Part shown: piece after piece, positions 19,589-30,080 of the stretch
Layout of the letters: every line of letters starts with the position of its first letter
How positions within the stretch are numbered: position 1 is the first letter of the stretch
Source of the DNA: an uncultured Bacilli bacterium
GTDB lineage: Bacteria > Bacillota_I > Bacilli_A > RF39 > UBA660
Direction: 5' to 3'
NCBI GenBank assembly: GCA_934085585.1
Contig: CAKOHI010000001.1
Coordinates: forward strand, 76,172-140,171
Length of the DNA: 64,000 bases
Program-made: the position numbers and the translations under genes
Notes under the pieces: generated by a model
What the model saw: the letters and a program-made list of their open reading frames with translations, nothing else
Told to the model about the DNA's origin: nothing
Database searches by the model: none

Positions 19589-20188
19589 ATGATATATCCT
19601 GAATCATTAGAAAAACTAATAAATTATTATAAAAAATTACCAGGTATTGGAGAGAAAAATGCAGAAAGATTAGCATTAGCAACATTGAATTTTAAAGAAA
19701 AAGATATTGATTCTTTTTCAGAAGCATTGTTAGATATAAAAAAAATTCATAAGTGTAGTATTTGTGGACATTTAACAGAGTCAGATATTTGTAATGTTTG
19801 TAGTGATCCAAGTAGACAAAAGAATTTAATTTGTGTAATTGAAGATTATAAAAGTGTTTTTTCTTTTGAAAAAGCTGGTAATTACCATGGTGTTTATCAT
19901 GTTTTAAATGGTTTAATAAATCCTGCTGAAAATATAGGACCTGAAAATATTAATTTATCAAGTTTAATAAAAAGAGTAGAAGAAGTAGAAAATCCCGAGT
20001 TAATACTAGCTTTAAAATCAACAATTGAAGGCGAAACAACTACTTTATATATTAAGAAAATATTTGAAAAGAAAAACGTATTGATTTCTAGATTATCTTA
20101 TGGGTTACCAATGGGAGCTGAAATAGATTATTTAGATATAATTACACTAGATAAAGCATTGGAAGATAGAAAAAAAATTAGTGATTAA
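19589..20188 (+). CDS. recR: recombination protein RecR
   Basis: C4 zinc finger (CSICGHLTESDICNVC), TOPRIM domain and Walker-B-like region. Confidence 0.9.
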   Translation: MIYPESLEKLINYYKKLPGIGEKNAERLALATLNFKEKDIDSFSEALLDIKKIHKCSICGHLTESDICNVCSDPSRQKNLICVIEDYKSVFSFEKAGNYHGVYHVLNGLINPAENIGPENINLSSLIKRVEEVENPELILALKSTIEGETTTLYIKKIFEKKNVLISRLSYGLPMGAEIDYLDIITLDKALEDRKKISD

Positions 20189-20224
20189 TTATTCTTTTTT
20201 TCATATAGTTTAATGGAGAGACTT

Positions 20225-20413
20225 ATGAAAAAAGTAATTTTTGTAGTAATTAAAAAAATTGTATTAGCTATATGTTTAGTGTATGCTTTTAATTTATTAG
20301 CATCTGGACTTAAAGTATTTATTCCAATAAATGTAGTAACAGTAAGTGTAGTAGCATCTCTTGGAATGAGTGGTCTTTTAGCATTGGTAGCAATATATTT
20401 TGTTTTGTTGTAG
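20225..20413 (+). CDS. bofA: BofA-like small membrane protein (pro-sigma-K processing inhibitor family)
   Basis: IPINVVTVSVVASLGMSGLLALVAI aligns with B. subtilis BofA VPINLVTTAISGILGIPGIAALVVI; same position after recR as in Bacillus; GGAGAG RBS. Confidence 0.55.
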   Translation: MKKVIFVVIKKIVLAICLVYAFNLLASGLKVFIPINVVTVSVVASLGMSGLLALVAIYFVLL

Positions 20414-20421
20414 GAGGAAAA

Positions 20422-21288
20422 GTGGAAGTAAAAGAAATAAAAAATTTAGTTAAATATTATCATGAGAATAAAATGGCTCATGCTTATTTAATTGAAACAA
20501 ATAATATTGAAAAATGCTTATCAGATTTACTTGTTGTAATAAAGCAAATATTTTGTCAAAATGAATTTAAAGAAGACTGTAATAAGTGTAATATATGTAA
20601 TTTAATTAATCAAAATTATTTACCATCTTTAATAATAATATCTCCGGATGGAATGAACATAAAAAAAGATCAAATTATTGAATTAAAAAAGAAATTTAGT
20701 ACAGTACCTGTTTATACAAAAGAAAATATATATGTAATAAAAAATGCAGAAAAGTTAAATGGGGCATCTGCTAATACAATGTTAAAGTTTTTAGAAGAGC
20801 CTGAACCAAATATCTTGGGATTTTTTATTACAGATAATGCTAATAATGTAATATCAACTATAAGAAGTAGATGTGAAATAATAAAATTTATTTATGATAG
20901 TGATGAGCTTAATATAAACTCAATAAAAAATGAGTACAATGATAAGTATTTAGTAGCAATAGATTATATTTATGGATTAGAAGTAGAAAAAAGTAAGGGA
21001 ATATTATATAATAGAGATGTTATTTTATGTAAGTTTAAAGAACGAGATAATATTAAGTTAATATTTAAGATAATGCTTATAATTTATGAAGAGCTATTAA
21101 AAAAAGTAATGGGATTAGAAAATGATTTTGATTTTTTAAAAATTGATAAATTAAGTGAGTTAACAAAAAATGATATTTTAAAAAGAATTAATTTAATTAT
21201 CCAATTTATTGAAGATATAGATAGTAATGTAAATATAGAATTATTGTTAGATAAGTTTGTTATAGAATTAGGTGATTATTGTGAATAA
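20422..21288 (+). CDS. holB: DNA polymerase III delta' subunit
   Basis: Degenerate clamp-loader AAA+ fold (AHAYL, CxxC module, LKFLEEP); GTG start after an AGGAGG RBS. Confidence 0.8.
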   Translation: MEVKEIKNLVKYYHENKMAHAYLIETNNIEKCLSDLLVVIKQIFCQNEFKEDCNKCNICNLINQNYLPSLIIISPDGMNIKKDQIIELKKKFSTVPVYTKENIYVIKNAEKLNGASANTMLKFLEEPEPNILGFFITDNANNVISTIRSRCEIIKFIYDSDELNINSIKNEYNDKYLVAIDYIYGLEVEKSKGILYNRDVILCKFKERDNIKLIFKIMLIIYEELLKKVMGLENDFDFLKIDKLSELTKNDILKRINLIIQFIEDIDSNVNIELLLDKFVIELGDYCE

Positions 21289-22054
21289 AATATATGGTGT
21301 AATATTTAATGGTATTGATAAAAGGTTTTATTATAAATCGGAAGACGATTATGAAGTAGATTCTTTAGTTATAGTTGAAACTGAAAGAGGGCAACAATTA
21401 GTTAAAGTTGTACAAGTTTTAGATGATTATAAAGAAGAAATAACAGATGAAATTATTAGATTAGCAACTGCAGAAGAATATGAAAAGTATTTAGAAAACT
21501 TAAAAGATGCTGATAGAGCGTTAAAAAAATGTATTACGTTTGCAAAAGAACTTGAGCTAGATATGAATATTGTTAATGCTCAATTTAATTTAGATCGAAG
21601 CCAATTATTATTTAATTTCACTGCTGATGGAAGAATTGATTTTAGAGAATTAGCTAAAAAACTAGCTAGTATTTATCATACAAGAATTGAATTAAGACAA
21701 ATTGGAGCTAGAGATAAAGCTAAAGAAGTTGGTGGAATTGGTGTTTGTGGTGGAGAACTTTGTTGTTTGAGGTTCTTAAAAAAGATAGACACTATTAGTA
21801 TGAATATGGCAAAAAATCAAAATTTAGCTTTAAATCCTTCTAAAATAAATGGAGCATGTGGAAGACTTTTGTGTTGTCTTGCATATGAAGATGAAGCTTA
21901 TATTGAAGCTGCTAAAAAAATGCCGAAAGTCGGGGATAAGATTGATACTCAGGCTGGTGAGGCACAAGTTGTAAGTGTTGATATAATTAATCAACGAGGT
22001 AAAATAATGATTAATGGAGAAAAAGTTGATTATGACTTCAAAAGTGAAGAATGA
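21272..22054 (+). CDS. ricT: PSP1-domain protein YaaT/RicT
   Basis: PSP1 C-terminal domain with conserved Cys clusters (CGGELCC, CGRLLCC); position after holB. Confidence 0.8.
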   Translation: MIIVNKIYGVIFNGIDKRFYYKSEDDYEVDSLVIVETERGQQLVKVVQVLDDYKEEITDEIIRLATAEEYEKYLENLKDADRALKKCITFAKELELDMNIVNAQFNLDRSQLLFNFTADGRIDFRELAKKLASIYHTRIELRQIGARDKAKEVGGIGVCGGELCCLRFLKKIDTISMNMAKNQNLALNPSKINGACGRLLCCLAYEDEAYIEAAKKMPKVGDKIDTQAGEAQVVSVDIINQRGKIMINGEKVDYDFKSEE

Positions 22055-22754
22055 TTTATTTGATTATCCAAATAGATATATTATGCAAATGAAAGATGGT
22101 TTTAAATTTTCATTGGATTCTATTTTGCTTTCTGAATATGTTGTCATTAAGAAAAAAGATAAAAATATATTAGATATGTGTACTGGAAATGCTCCGGTTC
22201 CTTTGGTATTAAGTTTGAAAACTAATGCTCAAATTGTAGGTTTTGAAATACAAGAAGAAATTAGTAAATTAGCTATAGAATCAGTTAAGATTAATAGAAT
22301 TAACAATATAAAAATTGTTAATGATGATATAAAAAATATAAATAATTATTATGATAAAAATTATTTTGATATAATAACATGTAATCCACCATATTTTAAA
22401 ACAAAAGAAGGTGGATTTAGAAATAGAAATGATTACTTAACACTTGCAAGGCATGAAGTTTCCATAGATCTTGAAACAATTTTTAGCATTGTGGCTAAAT
22501 ATTTAAAAGATAATGGGGTATTTTATCTAATTCATCGAGTAGAAAGATTAGATGAAATAATTTTGTATGCTAATAAAAATAGAGTTAATGTTAAGGAAAT
22601 ACAATTTATATCGACGAAAAAAGGTGAAGTTGCTAATACGGTAATAGTAAAATGTGTTAAAAATAGCAAGTTAGGTGTTAAATTAAGAAAAATGGTATGT
22701 GTTGATAACGTAAGCACTTATCAACATATTTTTGAAGGGAGTAGTTCTAAATGA
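22014..22754 (+). CDS. N6-adenine-specific tRNA methyltransferase (TrmN6/YabB-like)
   Basis: SAM-binding motif DMCTGNAP and the NPPY catalytic motif (ITCNPPYF); the real start may be the internal ATG at 22032. Confidence 0.7.
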   Translation: MEKKLIMTSKVKNDLFDYPNRYIMQMKDGFKFSLDSILLSEYVVIKKKDKNILDMCTGNAPVPLVLSLKTNAQIVGFEIQEEISKLAIESVKINRINNIKIVNDDIKNINNYYDKNYFDIITCNPPYFKTKEGGFRNRNDYLTLARHEVSIDLETIFSIVAKYLKDNGVFYLIHRVERLDEIILYANKNRVNVKEIQFISTKKGEVANTVIVKCVKNSKLGVKLRKMVCVDNVSTYQHIFEGSSSK

Positions 22755-23302
22755 AATTAATTGTGGGATTGGGTAATCCAGGTAAACAATATGAAAATAC
22801 AAGACATAATATTGGATTTATGGTTTTGGATAATTATTTGAAAAATGAAAAATGGGGTAATAAATTTAATGCAATGTATGTTGAAAAAAACATTAATGGG
22901 GAGAAAGTTTTATTTGTTAAACCTTTGACATTTATGAATAACTCTGGGAATGCTGTCGGAGAATTTGTAAGATACTTTGATATTTTAGCAAGTGATATTT
23001 TAGTTATTCAAGATGATCTAGATTTAGCAGTTGGTAATTATAAATTAAAGGTTCATTCATCTAGTGGTGGACATAATGGAATAAAATCTATTATTTCTTG
23101 TTTAGGTAATCAAGATTTTCCTAGGTTAAAAGTAGGAATTGGAAGTGTTAATAAGGATCAAGTAATTGACTATGTGTTAGGAAAATTTAATAAGATAGAG
23201 TTAGAAATAATAAATAATTTAATGCCTACGTTTGTAAAAATAATAGATTCTTTTATAAATGATGGAATAGATAAAACAATGAATGTTTATAATACTAAAT
23301 AA
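22751..23302 (+). CDS. pth: peptidyl-tRNA hydrolase
   Basis: MKLIVGLGNPGKQYENTRHNIGF signature. Confidence 0.9.
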   Translation: MKLIVGLGNPGKQYENTRHNIGFMVLDNYLKNEKWGNKFNAMYVEKNINGEKVLFVKPLTFMNNSGNAVGEFVRYFDILASDILVIQDDLDLAVGNYKLKVHSSSGGHNGIKSIISCLGNQDFPRLKVGIGSVNKDQVIDYVLGKFNKIELEIINNLMPTFVKIIDSFINDGIDKTMNVYNTK

Positions 23303-23311
23303 AGAGGAAGT

Positions 23312-26300
23312 ATGAAATTTTTAGATGAATATTTTAAATATGAAATTGGTACAGAAATATCAGGTTTAACAAGTGAGTTAAACATTTTTTACATTCTAAA
23401 ATTATGTGAAAAAAATGATAGAAATATTATTGTGCTTACTAGTTCTTTATTTGAAGCAAATAAAATATATGATTCGTTATATATAATTCATGAAAATACT
23501 TTACTTTTTCCAATGGATGATTTTTTGTCATCAATGATTATTGCAAGTAGTCCTGAACTTAAATATAAAAGATTAGAAACATTAGATAAGTTAAAAGATA
23601 ATAAAAAGTATGTAATTATTACAAATTTAATGGGATATTTAAAATATTTACCTAATAAAGGTATAAAAAACTATTTAGAACTAAATACTGGCGATGAAAT
23701 AAAAAGAGATGAATTAGTATCTTCATTAAGTGCTTTAGGATATCATAGAGAATCTTTAGTAACAATGTCTGGTGAATATGCTGTTCGTGGTTTTATTGTG
23801 GATTTGTTCCCAATAGATTGTGATCATCCGATTAGAATTGAGTTTGATGGAAATAAAATAGATAATATTAAATATTTTAATGAAAATAGTCAAATGTCAA
23901 TGGATGAAGTAAAAAGTTTAAAAATTAAAGCTATTGATGAAATGATTTCAAATGATAAAAGTTCATTATATGAGTACGCTAATGAACCTTTGGTTGTTTA
24001 TGTTGATAAATCACAGATTGATGCTTCATATACTCACTTATATGATGATATTGTAGAATATAAAGAGTCTAATAATATTAATGAAGATTTAATGTTTACA
24101 ATGGATGATATTAATGATAAGGATAGAATCTATGTAAATTTATTTTCTACTAGTGGGATCAATTTAAAAGCAGAAAGTATTATAAATTATAAAGAAAATT
24201 TTGAAAAATTACAAAATGATTATGATAAATGGATTCGAGAAGGAAAAGAAGTATATTTTTATTTAAGTAGATTAGAAGAAAAGAAAAAAATATTGAAATT
24301 AATACCTAGTGCCAATGTAGTAATGAAGGAACTTGCTCATGGATTTATATTAGATAAATATGTAGTTATTTCTGAAAATGATATTGAAGAAGTAAAGAGT
24401 GTTCGTGGAGTATATAAAAATAATTTTCATGTTGGAAAGAGAATAAAAGATTTTAATCAATTAGAAAAGGGAGATTATGTTGTTCATGTTGCTCATGGAA
24501 TTGGTATTTATCAAGGAATTACAACACTAACAGTTCGTGGAGTTCAAAAGGACTTTTTAACAATTTATTATGAAGGTACAGATAAAATTTATGTTCCGGT
24601 GGAAAAAATAGATTTAATATATAAATATACTGGTAAAGATGGAATTAAACCAAAAATTAATAAACTTGGAAGTACAAATTGGGAAAAAACAAAGAAATAT
24701 ATAAGTGAAAAAGTAAAGGATATTTCTAGAGAGTTAATTCTTCTTTACAAAAAGAGATTGGAACTTAAAAAAAAGCCTTATAAAGATTATCCTGAAGAAG
24801 AAGTTTTTGCTAGTGAGTTTAAGTATTCGTTAACTAAAGATCAAGAAAAAAGTATTATAGAAATTAATAATGATTTAAGAAAAGATAATCCAATGGATAG
24901 ATTACTATGTGGTGATGTTGGTTTTGGCAAGACGGAAGTAGCGATGAGAGCAATGTTTAAAGCTGTGCTAAATAATGAACAAGTTCTTTATTTGTGCCCC
25001 ACGACGATTCTTTCTAAACAACAATATAATGTTGCAAAAGAAAGATTTAAAAATTGGCCAATTGAAATAGCACTTTTAAATCGACATATAAGTGCTAAAG
25101 AAACACATCGTATTTTAGATGATTTGAAAAAAGGTAGGATAGATATATTATTTGGTACACATAGAATATTAAGTGATGATGTGTCTTGTAAGAATTTAGG
25201 TATGCTTGTTGTAGATGAAGAACAAAGATTCGGAGTTACTCACAAAGAAAAAATTAAAACTATGAAAAGCGATGTTAATGTCTTAACTTTAAGTGCTACC
25301 CCGATTCCTAGAACTCTTAAAATGGCTATGTCGGGGCTACGTGATTTATCTGTAATTGATACCCCACCAGTTAATAGGTATCCAGTTCAAACTTATGTTG
25401 CTGTGGAAGATGATTTTTTAATTAAAGATGCAATATATAAAGAACTTGCTAGAAATGGTCAAGTATTTATTCTTTATAATAGAGTGGAAACGATAGAAAA
25501 ATATATGAATCATATTCATGAACTTGTGCCAGATGCTAGAATTACTTATGCTCATGGGAAGATGGAAAAAGATGAATTAGATGATATAATGACTTCATTT
25601 ATTAACAATGAATTTGATATTTTAATATGTACAACTATTATTGAAAGTGGCATAGATATACCAAATGTTAATACATTAATAATTCATGATGCAGATAGTT
25701 TTGGATTAAGTCAACTTTATCAAATTAGAGGTCGTGTAGGTAGAAGTGATAAAATTGCTTATGCTTATTTGATGTATGAAAAAAATAAAATGTTAAATGA
25801 TATAGCTATAAAAAGACTTAATACAATTAAAGAATTTACTGAACTTGGTAGTGGTTATAGAATTGCTATGCAAGATCTTAATTTACGTGGAGCAGGTGAT
25901 GTTTTTGGAGCTTCACAAGCTGGATTTGTTGATAGCGTAGGTATTTCGCTTTATATGAAAATGGTTGAAGATGAAATCAAACGTCAGCAAGGGGAAAATG
26001 TGGAAGAAGATGATACGGATACACAAGCTTTAATTAATGTTAATACTCACATAAGTGATAATTATGTATCAGATGAAGATATTAAAATTGAAATACATCA
26101 AAAGATTAATGAAATTGACTCTTATGAAAAAATGTTAGAAATAAAAAATGAACTAGAAGATAGATTCGGTAAAGTTACTGATGATATGCTTGTTTATATG
26201 TATGAAGAATGGTTTGAAAAACTTGCAAAGAAATATAATATTAAACAGGTTGTTCAAACGGATAGAAGTATTGAAATTACTTTGCCTGAAGAAATATCAA

Positions 26301-26461
26301 GTAATATTAAAGGAGATAAACTTTTAATTGAAGCGATGAATTTATCGAGATCTTTTAATATAAAATATGTTAATAAGAAAATTAGTATTTTACTGTATAC
26401 TAAAGATTTACCTAAACATTTTATATTTTATATAGTTACTTTGTTAGAAAAAATACTTTAA
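23312..26461 (+). CDS. mfd: transcription-repair coupling factor Mfd
   Basis: 1049 aa with UvrB-homology N-terminus, superfamily 2 helicase motifs (GDVGFGKTEVA, DEEQRFG) and TRCF C-terminal domain. Confidence 0.9.
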   Translation: MKFLDEYFKYEIGTEISGLTSELNIFYILKLCEKNDRNIIVLTSSLFEANKIYDSLYIIHENTLLFPMDDFLSSMIIASSPELKYKRLETLDKLKDNKKYVIITNLMGYLKYLPNKGIKNYLELNTGDEIKRDELVSSLSALGYHRESLVTMSGEYAVRGFIVDLFPIDCDHPIRIEFDGNKIDNIKYFNENSQMSMDEVKSLKIKAIDEMISNDKSSLYEYANEPLVVYVDKSQIDASYTHLYDDIVEYKESNNINEDLMFTMDDINDKDRIYVNLFSTSGINLKAESIINYKENFEKLQNDYDKWIREGKEVYFYLSRLEEKKKILKLIPSANVVMKELAHGFILDKYVVISENDIEEVKSVRGVYKNNFHVGKRIKDFNQLEKGDYVVHVAHGIGIYQGITTLTVRGVQKDFLTIYYEGTDKIYVPVEKIDLIYKYTGKDGIKPKINKLGSTNWEKTKKYISEKVKDISRELILLYKKRLELKKKPYKDYPEEEVFASEFKYSLTKDQEKSIIEINNDLRKDNPMDRLLCGDVGFGKTEVAMRAMFKAVLNNEQVLYLCPTTILSKQQYNVAKERFKNWPIEIALLNRHISAKETHRILDDLKKGRIDILFGTHRILSDDVSCKNLGMLVVDEEQRFGVTHKEKIKTMKSDVNVLTLSATPIPRTLKMAMSGLRDLSVIDTPPVNRYPVQTYVAVEDDFLIKDAIYKELARNGQVFILYNRVETIEKYMNHIHELVPDARITYAHGKMEKDELDDIMTSFINNEFDILICTTIIESGIDIPNVNTLIIHDADSFGLSQLYQIRGRVGRSDKIAYAYLMYEKNKMLNDIAIKRLNTIKEFTELGSGYRIAMQDLNLRGAGDVFGASQAGFVDSVGISLYMKMVEDEIKRQQGENVEEDDTDTQALINVNTHISDNYVSDEDIKIEIHQKINEIDSYEKMLEIKNELEDRFGKVTDDMLVYMYEEWFEKLAKKYNIKQVVQTDRSIEITLPEEISSNIKGDKLLIEAMNLSRSFNIKYVNKKISILLYTKDLPKHFIFYIVTLLEKIL

Positions 26462-26515
26462 TACATAAAAAAAATAATTTGCTCCACAATAAGTAATGAA
26501 GTGGAGTGAATTTTT

Positions 26516-27028
26516 TTGAAACAAACTGGTGTAACAAGAAAGATAGATGAACTTGGAAGAATAGTTATTCCAAAAGAAATTAGAAAGAATTTAGGTATTA
26601 GAGATGGAGAAACTTTAGAGATATTTACTAGTGAAGATAGTATTATATTAAAGAAATATTTTGAGGTTAGAAAGTATGAAGATTTAAGTAATAAGTTATG
26701 TGAACTTATTAAGAATATTTATAACATTGATTTAGTTATAACTGATAGAGAAAAGGTAATTACCTCATCAAATAAAGAAATTGTAGAAAACTCTAAACTT
26801 AATAACAAACTTTTAGAACTTATTGATAATAGAGAAATGTTTATAACTAAAGAGTTGTTAACAATAAATTTAGGTATTGATATAAGTGGATATTTTACCG
26901 TAATTCCAATTATTGCATCAAGTGATTCTTTGGGACTTGTTATTTTAATTAGTGAGACAAGAATTGATTATAGTTCTTTAGGAAAGTTACTAGCAAAGAT
27001 AATTGCTGATAAAATTGATATATTTTAA
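26516..27028 (+). CDS. spoVT: AbrB/SpoVT-family transition-state regulator (SpoVT-like, 170 aa)
   Basis: SpoVT/AbrB swapped-hairpin N-terminus (TGVTRKIDELGRIVIPKEIRKNLGIRDGETLEIF) plus a GAF-like C-terminus; location after mfd as in Bacillus; TTG start. Confidence 0.7.
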   Translation: MKQTGVTRKIDELGRIVIPKEIRKNLGIRDGETLEIFTSEDSIILKKYFEVRKYEDLSNKLCELIKNIYNIDLVITDREKVITSSNKEIVENSKLNNKLLELIDNREMFITKELLTINLGIDISGYFTVIPIIASSDSLGLVILISETRIDYSSLGKLLAKIIADKIDIF

Positions 27029-27064
27029 CTTGAATTAATCGTTAATATATGATAGACTATGTTT

Positions 27065-27265
27065 AGTTTAACAAAGAAGGAAAGAGTAGGTATCATTCGT
27101 TTCATAGAGATTTCTTGGTTGGTGGAAAAGAAAAAATGAAGATATACGAACATGGCTCTGGAGTTAAAATCGGGTAATTACGTTATAAATTTTAAGTTGC
27201 ATGATAAATCATGAATTAAGGTGGTACCGCGGGTTATACTCGTCCTTAGTTTGTGATTTTTTTTT
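27065..27265 (+). promoter_or_regulatory. T-box riboswitch leader (probable Met specifier) controlling dut-metG
   Basis: Conserved T-box sequence AATTAAGGTGGTACCGCGG at 27214-27232, an upstream AGAGTA GA-motif region, and terminator-like pairing ending in a U9 run at 27257-27265. Confidence 0.6.
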
Positions 27266-27275
27266 GGAGGTAAAT

Positions 27276-27773
27276 ATGAGAAAGTTTGAAAAAATAAGTT
27301 ATCCTGAATTTGTTAAAGTTTTTGGAGATAATAAAACTTTGTATGATGATTATATGCTCCCTTTAAGAGGGACAAAGTGTAGTGCAGGTTATGATTTTTT
27401 TGCTATAAAAGATTATGTTATAAAACCAAATGAAATTTTAAAAATACCAACTGGTTATAAAGCTACATTTGAAAGTGATGAAATGCTAATGCTTGTTGTA
27501 AGAAGTAGTATGGGTTTCAAATATAATGTTAGACTTACAAATCAAGTGGGAATAATTGAAAGTGATTATTATAATAATCCTGATAATGAAGGGCATATGT
27601 GGATTTGTCTTCAAAATCATGGAGATAAAGAATATATAATTAATAAGGGAGATGCTTATGCTCAAGGGATATTTGTTAAATTTTTAACAACAGATGATGA
27701 TTGTGTTAATAAAACAAGAATTGGTGGGCTAGGCAGTACAAATAAAAAGAAAGAAGGAAATGAAAATGAATAA
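27276..27773 (+). CDS. dut: dUTP diphosphatase (YncF-type dUTPase family)
   Basis: dUTPase motifs SAGYDF, VVRSSMG, GIIESDY and the C-terminal RIGGLGSTN; GGAGG RBS; the ORF-track start lies upstream inside the leader. Confidence 0.7.
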   Translation: MRKFEKISYPEFVKVFGDNKTLYDDYMLPLRGTKCSAGYDFFAIKDYVIKPNEILKIPTGYKATFESDEMLMLVVRSSMGFKYNVRLTNQVGIIESDYYNNPDNEGHMWICLQNHGDKEYIINKGDAYAQGIFVKFLTTDDDCVNKTRIGGLGSTNKKKEGNENE

Positions 27774-29298
27774 AAAATATTATATTACTACACCAATATA
27801 TTATCCAAGTGCGGATTTTCATATTGGACATTGTTATACAACAATTATTGCAGATGCTATTGCAAGATATAAAAGATTAAATGGCTATGATGTGTTTTTC
27901 CAAACAGGAACTGATGAACATGGAGCAAAAATTGAACAAAAGGCTAAAGATGCTGGTGTAACACCAAAAGAATATGTTGATGTTATAATTGAAAATGCTA
28001 AAAATTTATGGAAAAGTTTAAATATTTCATATGATTATTTTATTAGAACAACTGATGAATCACATGTTAAGGCTGTGCAAGCAATATTTAAAAAATTATA
28101 TGATAAAGGAGATATTTATAAAGGTTCTTATGAAGGTTTATATTGTGTTCCGTGTGAATCATTTTGGACTGAAACTCAACTTGTGGATGGAAAATGTCCA
28201 GATTGTGGTCGTGAAGTTAAAACAGTTACTGAAGAAGCTTACTTTTTTAGATTATCAAAATACCAAGACAAATTAATTGAATTATATGATAAGAATCCTG
28301 AATTTATTTTACCAGTTTCAAGAAAAAATGAACTTGTAAATAATTTCATTAAACCAGGACTTGAAGATTTATGCGTATCAAGAACTTCAGTTAAATGGGG
28401 AATTCCTGTAGATTTTGACCCTAAACACGTGATTTATGTTTGGATTGATGCTTTATCAAACTATATTACTTCTTTAGGTTATCCAGATGAAAATGCCCCA
28501 TTATTTAAAAAATATTGGCCAGCAGACTTACATTTAGTTGGTAAAGAAATTACAAGATTCCATGCAATTATTTGGCCTGCACTTTTAATGGCTTTAGGAA
28601 TTGAAATACCTCACCAAGTGTTTGGACATGGATGGTTAATTATTAATGGTGGTAAAATCTCTAAATCATTAGGTAATTATAAAGACCCTCGAGAATATAT
28701 AGAAGCTTATGGTGTTGATGCAGTTAGATATTTTGCATTAAGAGAGGTATCTTTTGGTAGTGATGGTAATTTCTCTGAAGAAGCTTTAATTAATAGAACA
28801 AATACAGATTTAGTAAATAATTTAGGAAACTTGATTAATAGAACTATAAGCATGAGTCATAAATACTTTGATGGAGTGGTAGAAAATCCAAAAGTAAATG
28901 AAGATATTGATACTGACTTAATTAGTGCTGTTACAAGTTTAAAATCTAAAGTTGATGAAAAAATGGATGGTTTAAAAGTAAATGAAGCTTTAGAAGAAAT
29001 ATTTGAAGTATTAAAAAGATGTAATAAATATATTGATGAAACTACACCATGGATTCTTGCTAAAGATGATGCAAAACATGACAGATTAAAAACGGTTTTA
29101 TATAATATTTTAGAAAGTATTAGAGTTTGTGCAATACTTCTTGAGCCATTTATTAATGTAACAAGTGAAAAAATATTAGATGAACTTAATACAAAGGAAA
29201 GAAGCATTGAAAGTATAAATGAATTTGGTAATTTAGAATGTGGAATTACTTTAAATAAACCAGAAATCTTATTTAATAGGATTGAGATAAATGAATAA
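27760..29298 (+). CDS. metG: methionine--tRNA ligase
   Basis: HIGH motif (DFHIGHCYT), KMSKS (KISKSLGN) and a CPDC zinc knuckle. Confidence 0.9.
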   Translation: MKMNKKYYITTPIYYPSADFHIGHCYTTIIADAIARYKRLNGYDVFFQTGTDEHGAKIEQKAKDAGVTPKEYVDVIIENAKNLWKSLNISYDYFIRTTDESHVKAVQAIFKKLYDKGDIYKGSYEGLYCVPCESFWTETQLVDGKCPDCGREVKTVTEEAYFFRLSKYQDKLIELYDKNPEFILPVSRKNELVNNFIKPGLEDLCVSRTSVKWGIPVDFDPKHVIYVWIDALSNYITSLGYPDENAPLFKKYWPADLHLVGKEITRFHAIIWPALLMALGIEIPHQVFGHGWLIINGGKISKSLGNYKDPREYIEAYGVDAVRYFALREVSFGSDGNFSEEALINRTNTDLVNNLGNLINRTISMSHKYFDGVVENPKVNEDIDTDLISAVTSLKSKVDEKMDGLKVNEALEEIFEVLKRCNKYIDETTPWILAKDDAKHDRLKTVLYNILESIRVCAILLEPFINVTSEKILDELNTKERSIESINEFGNLECGITLNKPEILFNRIEINE

Positions 29299-30061
29299 TT
29301 ATTTTGTTGATACACATTGTCATGTATTTAAATCTGATTATGCAAACATAGATGAAATACTAGAAAATGCAAGTAACAAATATATAAAATATGTTATTAA
29401 TAATGGAAGTAATAATGAAACTAATAAAGAGGTATTAGAATTGATTAAAAAATATCCGAATATGTATGGTGCAATTGGTATTCATCCAGAAGATGTTGAA
29501 GGGGTAATGCCAGATGACATTAAGTTTATAGAAGATAATTTAGGTAATGAAAAAATTGTTGCAATCGGAGAAATTGGTTTAGATTATTACTATACTAAAG
29601 AAAATAAAGAAGAACAAATTAAATTATTTGAATCTCAATTAGCTTTAGCAGAAAAATATAATATGCCCGTGATTGTTCATTCAAGAGATGCAACCGAAGA
29701 TACAATTAATTCTTTAAAAAAGTTTAAGTGTAAAGGTGTAATTCATTCTTTTTCTGGTAGTTTAGAAACTGCAAAAATTTATATTAAAATGGGTTATTTA
29801 TTAGGTGTTAATGGTGTTATTACATTTAAAAATGCTAAAATTAAAGATGTGATAAAAGAAGTTGGACTTAAAAATATTGTTTTGGAAACTGATAGTCCAT
29901 ATCTTACTCCGGTACCTTTTAGAGGTACACAAAACAATCCTGGTCATGTTTTAGAAATAGCACAATTTGTAGCAGATTTATATAATATTTCATTAGAAGA
30001 ATTAGCAGAACAAACAAATAAAAATATTACAGAAATGTATAAAAAGATAAAGTTGGATTAA
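29291..30061 (+). CDS. tatD: TatD-family metal-dependent DNase/hydrolase
   Basis: DTHCH start, GEIGLDYY motif and HSR/HSF metal ligands. Confidence 0.85.
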   Translation: MNNYFVDTHCHVFKSDYANIDEILENASNKYIKYVINNGSNNETNKEVLELIKKYPNMYGAIGIHPEDVEGVMPDDIKFIEDNLGNEKIVAIGEIGLDYYYTKENKEEQIKLFESQLALAEKYNMPVIVHSRDATEDTINSLKKFKCKGVIHSFSGSLETAKIYIKMGYLLGVNGVITFKNAKIKDVIKEVGLKNIVLETDSPYLTPVPFRGTQNNPGHVLEIAQFVADLYNISLEELAEQTNKNITEMYKKIKLD

Positions 30062-30080
30062 TTTTCAACTTTATCTTTTT

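Noticed and set aside
28031-29315. Plus-strand 81-aa and minus-strand 152-aa ORFs overlapping metG
   Set aside because: Alternative-frame or antisense artefacts inside metG.
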